Sequence record: PZ019083.1
Reading direction: 5' to 3' (one strand)
Source: a phage
Length of the DNA: 41,142 nt
A model generated the notes under the pieces. It was not told where the DNA came from. It was given only the letters and a program-made list of their open reading frames with translations, and made no database searches. Each line of letters begins with the position of its first letter. Positions within the stretch are counted from its first letter, which is position 1. This document shows positions 36,002 through 41,142 of this stretch, in pieces. The translations under genes were made by a program, and so were the position numbers.

Positions 36002-36520
36002 ATGGGTAACAAAAACGAAGTATTTGAGTACCTGATTGACCAACTACGGCAGCAGGTAAACAGCAACCAGTGTGAAGACCTGGCGCACGAGGTGCAGTCA
36101 CTTAAGAATCAGTTACGTGATGCTTCGGCGCTGGTGGCCGAGTTACAGCGAGAGCTGCAACATCAGATTGACCTGGCGTCGGGTGTGTATAGATGGTCTA
36201 CCGCACATTTCGACGAGAAAGGTAAAGTCACCAAGGTCGAGAGTGGGGTTAAGACAGAGCAATCCGGTTGCCGTAAAGAAGACGTGCAGGAATGTGAGAA
36301 CGATTGGGTTGAGTTTCACGGTTTGTTTATTGCAGAGGGGGACCTGCGAAATGAACCTGGGTATACCTTCTGCCGTAAATGCGGGCTGAAAGAATACTCC
36401 CGTAAATGTGAACATGAATGGTCCATGGTAACTGGCGACGGCCCAAGTTTCTATGAGTGCGATGTGTGCGGAGCCCGTAGTAAAGATTTACCGTACGACT
36501 TACGGTGGTTGGCACTATGA
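36002..36520 (+). CDS. hypothetical protein with coiled coil and C-terminal zinc-ribbon-like Cys pairs
   Basis: GAGGAGAG RBS; CRKCG ... CDVCG. Confidence 0.45.
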   Translation: MGNKNEVFEYLIDQLRQQVNSNQCEDLAHEVQSLKNQLRDASALVAELQRELQHQIDLASGVYRWSTAHFDEKGKVTKVESGVKTEQSGCRKEDVQECENDWVEFHGLFIAEGDLRNEPGYTFCRKCGLKEYSRKCEHEWSMVTGDGPSFYECDVCGARSKDLPYDLRWLAL

Positions 36521-36720
36521 CCAGCATCTTATTTATCTGGGTATTGTCCGCAGGCCAGATGCAACTCGCAGCATCAGAAACGTTTTATTCGATGGGGGCG
36601 TGCCAGTCAGCGGCACGCGCCGCGGAGAACGCGCACTTCATGTTTCAGGGCGACAAACCAAACGATTCAGAGGTACGCGCTATCTGCTCACCTAAGCGAC
36701 TTGGTAAACAGGAGAAGTGA
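36517..36720 (+). CDS. putative secreted small protein (signal peptide-like N-terminus)
   Basis: ATGA coupling; hydrophobic N-terminus MTSILFIWVLSAGQ. Confidence 0.35.
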   Translation: MTSILFIWVLSAGQMQLAASETFYSMGACQSAARAAENAHFMFQGDKPNDSEVRAICSPKRLGKQEK

Positions 36721-36722
36721 TT

Positions 36723-36905
36723 ATGGTTGCTCGTAAAGGCTTTTATGAAGATGGTCATTTCGATAGCAAAGTAAACGGTGAATACGTCACATACGAAGAC
36801 TACGCGAAACTTGAAGCCGAGTTACAGAAATACAAAGACCAGTTCCCGGATTACGTCGAGTGCGCGAACTGTGGGTCAGTTACACATGTGGAGGGGGTGG
36901 AGTGA
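36723..36905 (+). CDS. hypothetical protein (60 aa) with CxxC
   Basis: GGAGAAG RBS 5 nt upstream of ATG. Confidence 0.4.
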   Translation: MVARKGFYEDGHFDSKVNGEYVTYEDYAKLEAELQKYKDQFPDYVECANCGSVTHVEGVE

Positions 36906-37198
36906 TGTCTCTGGCTACTGATATCCTGAAACGTAGCGGCCTCGCGCCGCTGTCACCGAGAGCGAACACCCGGATATACAAGCGCCGCCGTAATGCGCTG
37001 TACCCTGAGATTCAGGCCAGGCGCAAAGCGGTACGCGCCTGTGGATTCCAGAACGGGAAGGCCGTGAATCTTAGTGAGTTTAAAACCCAGGAACGCGCAG
37101 CAATCGCTAATCGGTTATTTAATTACTGGAAGTCGCTGGGGTACGATGATATTCCAACGAAACCACAGAGACGACAATACATCTGGCGTCATAAATAA
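36905..37198 (+). CDS. hypothetical basic protein (97 aa)
   Basis: TGATG coupling. Confidence 0.4.
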   Translation: MSLATDILKRSGLAPLSPRANTRIYKRRRNALYPEIQARRKAVRACGFQNGKAVNLSEFKTQERAAIANRLFNYWKSLGYDDIPTKPQRRQYIWRHK

Positions 37199-37228
37199 AC
37201 CGTTATTAAGATAATTCCTAACCGTGCT

Positions 37229-37268
37229 ATCCTCCAGTTACTGCATACTTAATACGCACCTGGAGGAT
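37229..37268 (+). promoter_or_regulatory. stem-loop pairing ATCCTCCAG with CCTGGAGGAT, sequestering the holin Shine-Dalgarno
   Basis: 9-bp inverted repeat, 21-nt loop; second arm contains GGAGGA 6 nt before holin TTG start. Confidence 0.4.
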
Positions 37269-37273
37269 TCATC

Positions 37274-37582
37274 TTGGATAAATTTACTGAAACAGTGACG
37301 GGGTGGCTTCTCGCTGCCGCACTGGTCGGTGGATTGGTCGGACTAAGACAACATAAAAAGTCTATATCCGGGCCGATTGACGGACTGGTATTTCTTCTAA
37401 CCGGCTTTGCGTGTGCCATTTTCGGTGCACCTCTTGCCGCTCAATGGTTCGGTATTACCGGTGAGCGTGAGATAGCTGGCCTCGGATTCATCATTGCCAT
37501 TCTCTGGATGCCTATCTATTCCCGCCTTTCTGGCATCGTATCGGGTGGAGATATTTCCCGTCCGGGAGGACCTCATGACTGA
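37274..37582 (+). CDS. holin (3 predicted TM segments)
   Basis: Small protein with three hydrophobic helices and charged C-terminus, TTG start after GGAGGA. Confidence 0.55.
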   Translation: MDKFTETVTGWLLAAALVGGLVGLRQHKKSISGPIDGLVFLLTGFACAIFGAPLAAQWFGITGEREIAGLGFIIAILWMPIYSRLSGIVSGGDISRPGGPHD

Positions 37583-37847
37583 GCTATTCTGGTTTGTCGT
37601 AATGCTTTCAATGGGCGCTTCGTCCCTGTTCAACGTGTATAATGAGCGTGTGGACGACGGGCTGTTCGGGCGTGTTCTCTATATCCTGACCGCTATTGTC
37701 TGCGCCGCCGGGTGTATCCACCTGTTACAGGGCGGCATGTCGCCTACGTTGCCCGAGACATTAATCACATTAGTTGCGCTGCGTCAGATTCGTCAGGCGT
37801 GGCTGTCGTACGGAGGACATAAGCGTGTCTCGAAACATTTCAGATAA
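37575..37847 (+). CDS. second holin / antiholin-like membrane protein (2 TM)
   Basis: GGGAGGA RBS; two hydrophobic helices; overlaps neighbours. Confidence 0.45.
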   Translation: MTELFWFVVMLSMGASSLFNVYNERVDDGLFGRVLYILTAIVCAAGCIHLLQGGMSPTLPETLITLVALRQIRQAWLSYGGHKRVSKHFR

Positions 37848-38310
37848 TGGATTGCATTTTACCTCTGCATTTGAGGGATTCCGCGGAACTGCGTATCGTG
37901 CTACCCCAAACGAGAAGTACCTTACTATTGGGTACGGACATTACGGGCCGGACGTAACCCCGGGTAAGACCATCACACCGGGGCAGGGCTTGCTGTTACT
38001 GAATCGCGATATGGCTAAGGCTGTAGCTGCGGTTGACGCGGCAGCACACCATTCGCTGACACAGGCACAGTTTGATGCAGTGTGCGACCTGGTCTATAAC
38101 GCGGGTGCTGGTGTGATTGCAGCTACTACAGGCACGGGTAAGGCGCTGCGTTCTGGTGATATTGCAACGCTGCGGGCTAAGCTGGCGCTGTTTATCAACC
38201 AGAACGGCAAACCGTTACTCGGCCTGCGTCGCCGTACAGCCGGACGCCTTGCACTGTTCGACGGTAAACCGTGGCAGGAGGCTGAGGCTATTGGGAGGGC
38301 TGTTAAATGA
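37825..38310 (+). CDS. endolysin, lysozyme-like (glycoside hydrolase, T4/lambda-type fold)
   Basis: Motif FEGFRGTAYRATPNEKYLTIGYGH with catalytic Glu context; GTG start after GGAGGA. Confidence 0.65.
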   Translation: MSRNISDNGLHFTSAFEGFRGTAYRATPNEKYLTIGYGHYGPDVTPGKTITPGQGLLLLNRDMAKAVAAVDAAAHHSLTQAQFDAVCDLVYNAGAGVIAATTGTGKALRSGDIATLRAKLALFINQNGKPLLGLRRRTAGRLALFDGKPWQEAEAIGRAVK

Positions 38311-38455
38311 TGGAAGAGAACTGGGACGTATAGTACAATTGCAGCGCCGCTTGTGCTTGCGAAGGATTGAAGTGATGATGGACGAATACGAAGGCGTTTA
38401 GTAAACTTACATCACGCTGCTTGTGCTTGCACCACCCCGAAACCCGGACCCCGAA

Positions 38456-38484
38456 ACCCGGACCGCGAATCCGGGTTTTATTTT
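38456..38484 (+). terminator. intrinsic terminator
   Basis: ACCCGGA-CCGCGAA-TCCGGGT + TTTTATTTT. Confidence 0.55.
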
Positions 38485-38613
38485 GCCCGCAGTTTGATAG
38501 ACTAACGGCAACAGAAGATTAAACAACATTGAGGGCACTCCGGGTATCATCACCCTCATGGACCTGTAACAAGGTCTGGCCAAAGTGCGGTAACGCGTGC
38601 CGGAGAATCTCTG

Positions 38614-38642
38614 TTGACACCTAAGACTAATCCGACGATACT
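38614..38642 (+). promoter_or_regulatory. candidate promoter TTGACA-17-GATACT
   Basis: Consensus -35, 4/6 -10. Confidence 0.35.
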
Positions 38643-38648
38643 TAAATC

Positions 38649-38714
38649 ACCTCCTGTTCCATCCCTCTACTCTCCAGTTTTATCCCGGCCCTGACCCAGC
38701 CGGGATTTTTTTTT
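38649..38714 (+). ncRNA. candidate short RNA (about 65 nt) ending in strong terminator
   Basis: Promoter-like site upstream, TCCCGGC-9nt-GCCGGGA hairpin + T9; carries ATCACCTCCT. Confidence 0.25.
38683..38714 (+). terminator. intrinsic terminator
   Basis: 7-bp GC stem, 9-nt loop, nine consecutive T. Confidence 0.65.
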
Positions 38715-38736
38715 ATTTATTTTCTGCAATGACTAG

Positions 38737-38765
38737 TTGACTATTACCTTCGACCCTATTATATT
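38737..38765 (+). promoter_or_regulatory. sigma70 promoter TTGACT-17-TATATT
   Basis: Near-consensus hexamers upstream of gene at 38800. Confidence 0.55.
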
Positions 38766-38799
38766 TACTGCATCGACAACGAGAACGGAGTAGAGAGAA

Positions 38800-38940
38800 A
38801 TGAGAATTTACAAGGTTGAGCTTCACGGTAAAGTACTTGGTCATTATAACTTTGGCGAGTACATCTCCGCCGATTGCGCACGTGACATCCTGATTAGCGA
38901 AGGTTTTAGTCAATACATCAAAGTCACGGAGATTAAATAA
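38800..38940 (+). CDS. hypothetical protein (46 aa)
   Basis: GGAG RBS; not in ORF track (under 60 aa). Confidence 0.4.
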   Translation: MRIYKVELHGKVLGHYNFGEYISADCARDILISEGFSQYIKVTEIK

Positions 38941-39089
38941 TGAAAATCACAGATACCGAAGCATTCAAAGACGCACAACTGATGGCACGCATCGCCGTTA
39001 GTAACCTGAGCAACAGCATTCCGGCTGACGCGTTCTGGTTCGCTGCGATGCAGACACTGAAAGCAGCTTATGCAGGAGAGAAGAAATGA
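38940..39089 (+). CDS. hypothetical protein (49 aa)
   Basis: Start-stop overlap TAATG. Confidence 0.35.
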   Translation: MKITDTEAFKDAQLMARIAVSNLSNSIPADAFWFAAMQTLKAAYAGEKK

Positions 39090-39247
39090 GCGAACAAGGT
39101 CAAGTAAGCCAGCCATTACGAGTAGGCCGTAAAGTAAATCACACCCCGTTCCCAACACGCGAGGAACTGATGAAACGTAACGGTTTCCCTGGGCCAGACA
39201 AGAACAAGTATCTCAATCGCATGTGGGGAGAGCGTAAAAATGACTGA
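39086..39247 (+). CDS. hypothetical protein (53 aa)
   Basis: ATGA overlap. Confidence 0.35.
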   Translation: MSEQGQVSQPLRVGRKVNHTPFPTREELMKRNGFPGPDKNKYLNRMWGERKND

Positions 39248-39425
39248 CCGCGACTACGAAAAGATGATGGTAGAGGCCGTTAACAGCGGCATAGACATTG
39301 GCCACGTGATGCACGTCCTGAATACTAAAATCGCGGTAGCCGAGCAAATGGTAGAGTCGCTATATGAGACGCGCCGCGAGCTGATTAACCGCTTCAACCT
39401 GAACAAAGGTGACACCAATGCCTAA
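39240..39425 (+). CDS. hypothetical protein (61 aa)
   Basis: ORF track; overlaps upstream by 8 nt. Confidence 0.4.
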   Translation: MTDRDYEKMMVEAVNSGIDIGHVMHVLNTKIAVAEQMVESLYETRRELINRFNLNKGDTNA

Positions 39426-39666
39426 AATAACAATCGCATCACTCGAGCGCCGTATTCTGGTGCTTGAGTCAGAGAAACAGACGTTAGGCGGGCAACTGTC
39501 AATTAACGGTGAGTACCAGTTAGCCGCATTTAAGGTTCTTCTCATGTTGTTGAGAGGAGAAGAGGAAAAGATGAACGCCTGCGAGCATGATTACCGCCTG
39601 CATTTAGTTGATGGGGTACATCGAGTCACATGCTTAAAATGTGGTAAAGCGTATGGAGTCGCCTGA
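39418..39666 (+). CDS. hypothetical protein with C-terminal Cys/His cluster
   Basis: CEHDYRLH ... CLKCG. Confidence 0.4.
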   Translation: MPKITIASLERRILVLESEKQTLGGQLSINGEYQLAAFKVLLMLLRGEEEKMNACEHDYRLHLVDGVHRVTCLKCGKAYGVA

Positions 39667-39835
39667 GCCGGTAGTTATTGACGGTGTCCTGTGGAAACCT
39701 TACTCGGTTAACCACATCGACGCCGACGGGAAGAAGTTCAGCTTCTACATTTTTGCAATTAGCCGTGAGCACGCCGCCTGTGTGGTTGACGATATACGAG
39801 AAACGGCGTGGCTTGGTGATGAGATAGTGGGGTGA
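39653..39835 (+). CDS. hypothetical protein (60 aa; start uncertain, GTG 39641 possible)
   Basis: ORF track frame. Confidence 0.3.
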   Translation: MESPEPVVIDGVLWKPYSVNHIDADGKKFSFYIFAISREHAACVVDDIRETAWLGDEIVG

Positions 39836-39839
39836 GAGT

Positions 39840-39932
39840 ATGAGTCTTGAGGTTGTTATTGGTCTTGTAGCCACCGGTTATTTTATCGGCGTATTGATTG
39901 GCTTTCTGTGGGGTAAAGACAGTGTTCAGTGA
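39840..39932 (+). CDS. 30-aa single-TM peptide
   Basis: MSLEVVIGLVATGYFIGVLIGFLWGKDSVQ. Confidence 0.3.
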   Translation: MSLEVVIGLVATGYFIGVLIGFLWGKDSVQ

Positions 39933-40092
39933 CATCAACGCAGCAATCGAAGAAGCAATCTGGCGTCGCTACAATGGCGAGCAACAGCGGCACTTTTGCC
40001 TCGTGCAACGCGGTAACATGGTTGCCGCGTTGCAGGACCGCGATAACAAATACCCGAATGCGATGTGGACAACGAGGAATTTCTTAGGATGA
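39898..40092 (+). CDS. hypothetical protein (start uncertain, GTG 39922 possible)
   Basis: ORF track. Confidence 0.3.
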   Translation: MAFCGVKTVFSDINAAIEEAIWRRYNGEQQRHFCLVQRGNMVAALQDRDNKYPNAMWTTRNFLG

Positions 40093-40286
40093 AACATTTC
40101 TTAATTGGTTTCAATTGGGCGGACAATACCGGACGTAGTGGTTTCGGGAATAGCGAACGTACACCTACCAACGGCGATAAATTTACATACGACGAACTAA
40201 GGAAAATTGAACAGAGCATCGCAAAGTCTCTCCCCTACGGTGCCGAAGTGATTATTCTTAGCGTATCGGAGATTGCCGCAGAATGA
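40089..40286 (+). CDS. hypothetical protein (65 aa)
   Basis: ATGA overlap with upstream stop. Confidence 0.3.
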   Translation: MKHFLIGFNWADNTGRSGFGNSERTPTNGDKFTYDELRKIEQSIAKSLPYGAEVIILSVSEIAAE

Positions 40287-40519
40287 TTACCAGCATTCCT
40301 AACCTGATTAAAGAATTCGGCACGATGGCGGAGACATGCCGACAAACCGGCATCAACGAAATGACGATTGCGAAGTACAGCAAAGACGTGAACTGCGAGC
40401 GCCACGTAATTTATAACAACCGTCTCATGACGCACGTTAAGACAAGCCCGGTATTATTCACGCGCCGTGGTATCACTAAAACAGAGCAACGCATTGCTAA
40501 AGAGGAGAGCGGAGAATGA
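40283..40519 (+). CDS. hypothetical protein, possible HTH (78 aa)
   Basis: ATGA overlap; segment CRQTGINEMTIAKYSKD. Confidence 0.35.
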   Translation: MITSIPNLIKEFGTMAETCRQTGINEMTIAKYSKDVNCERHVIYNNRLMTHVKTSPVLFTRRGITKTEQRIAKEESGE

Positions 40520-40698
40520 TTGAGGTTTTAGAGTTTCTTAGCCGTTTTGGAAATAATGTATTTATTATGGCGTTCGCATGGGCGCTTATATCAAGTTGGT
40601 CTGTAGTGAAGCAACTACCAAAGATTCAATTATGGATGATTGTTGGTGGGTTATATGTATCTGGTATCGCGGGCATCCTTTTGTGGTTTTTCAAATGA
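40516..40698 (+). CDS. small membrane protein (2 TM)
   Basis: GGAG RBS, ATGA overlap, hydrophobic helices. Confidence 0.4.
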   Translation: MIEVLEFLSRFGNNVFIMAFAWALISSWSVVKQLPKIQLWMIVGGLYVSGIAGILLWFFK

Positions 40699-40796
40699 GA
40701 TTATTAATCATCCCTAACGCCTGGACCATTCCTGTAGCTAACGACCATTACGGCGGCGATGGTAAAAGAGCGCCACGACACGGCCTGTATAACTGA
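40695..40796 (+). CDS. hypothetical protein (33 aa)
   Basis: ATGA overlap. Confidence 0.25.
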   Translation: MRLLIIPNAWTIPVANDHYGGDGKRAPRHGLYN

Positions 40797-40810
40797 TTGG
40801 AGAGTAAGAG

Positions 40811-41032
40811 ATGAAAATTCAGCTAATATCAGATGATGATGTTATGAATTGTGTAGGTAAGATGCACCACGGAGAGCCTACTTATTACATCCGTAACGTA
40901 TTAAAATACACATATCCGAATTTAGACACACCATCAGTTCTCCGTAAGCTTAAGGATATGGAGAAAAGAGGCCTCGTAAAGCGAACTAAAAGTCCGCTCT
41001 TCAAAAATAACATAACCTGGACCTCGGTATAG
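40811..41032 (+). CDS. hypothetical protein (73 aa)
   Basis: GGAGAG RBS; followed by terminator. Confidence 0.45.
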   Translation: MKIQLISDDDVMNCVGKMHHGEPTYYIRNVLKYTYPNLDTPSVLRKLKDMEKRGLVKRTKSPLFKNNITWTSV

Positions 41033-41041
41033 CCGCTACTT

Positions 41042-41063
41042 GCCCTCTACGGAGGGCTTTTCT
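41042..41063 (+). terminator. intrinsic terminator
   Basis: GCCCTC-TACG-GAGGGC + TTTTCT. Confidence 0.55.
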
Positions 41064-41142
41064 GTACATCCCGCCCAATCCCCTTATATAATCCATTTAG
41101 ACGCGTAGGGCGCGTCTGGTGCGCTCTGATGGTCAGACGCAT

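Noticed and set aside
38117-38401. 94-aa Arg/Leu-rich plus-strand ORF overlapping the endolysin 3' end
   Set aside because: Alternative frame of the endolysin gene with extreme composition; not a spanin-like protein (no TM or lipobox).
38713-38913. 66-aa minus-strand ORF from the ORF track
   Set aside because: Overlaps a plus-strand 46-aa ORF (38800-38940) that has a GGAG RBS and sits behind a consensus promoter in the direction of the surrounding operon; the minus ORF spans a promoter and terminator.
1-41142. Prophage or temperate lifestyle (integrase, attachment site, CI repressor) and tRNA genes
   Set aside because: No tyrosine or serine recombinase-like ORF, no large CI-like repressor and no tRNA-like cloverleaf signatures were seen by eye; the Cro-like gene alone does not establish lysogeny.

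Overview
The window reads as a nearly complete genome of a tailed dsDNA phage (siphovirus-type layout, enterobacterial-style sigma70 promoters and GGAGG ribosome-binding sites). Plus strand 1-11.1 kb: terminase small and large subunits, portal, head morphogenesis, an overlapped spanin pair, scaffold, major capsid, neck proteins and major tail protein, separated by GC-hairpin/T-run terminators. A three-gene antisense accessory operon (11.1-12.7 kb: DUF3310-like, HTH-metallophosphoesterase, superinfection-immunity-like membrane protein) interrupts the tail module and is my best candidate for an undescribed accessory system. Plus strand 12.9-22.8 kb: tail chaperones with a likely -1 frameshift, tape measure, tail tip proteins, J-like fibre and a beta-helix tailspike. 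Minus strand 22.9-33.9 kb: replication module (HNH endonuclease remnant, SNF2 helicase, VRR-NUC, family A DNA polymerase, DUF2815-like, Cas4-like nuclease, primase-helicase) with an embedded plus-strand Cro-like regulator. Plus strand 34.3-41.0 kb: many small translationally coupled genes around a holin-holin-endolysin cassette. I found no integrase, tRNA or CRISPR array. All calls rest on reading the translations and sequence by eye; no database search was run and family names are from memory.
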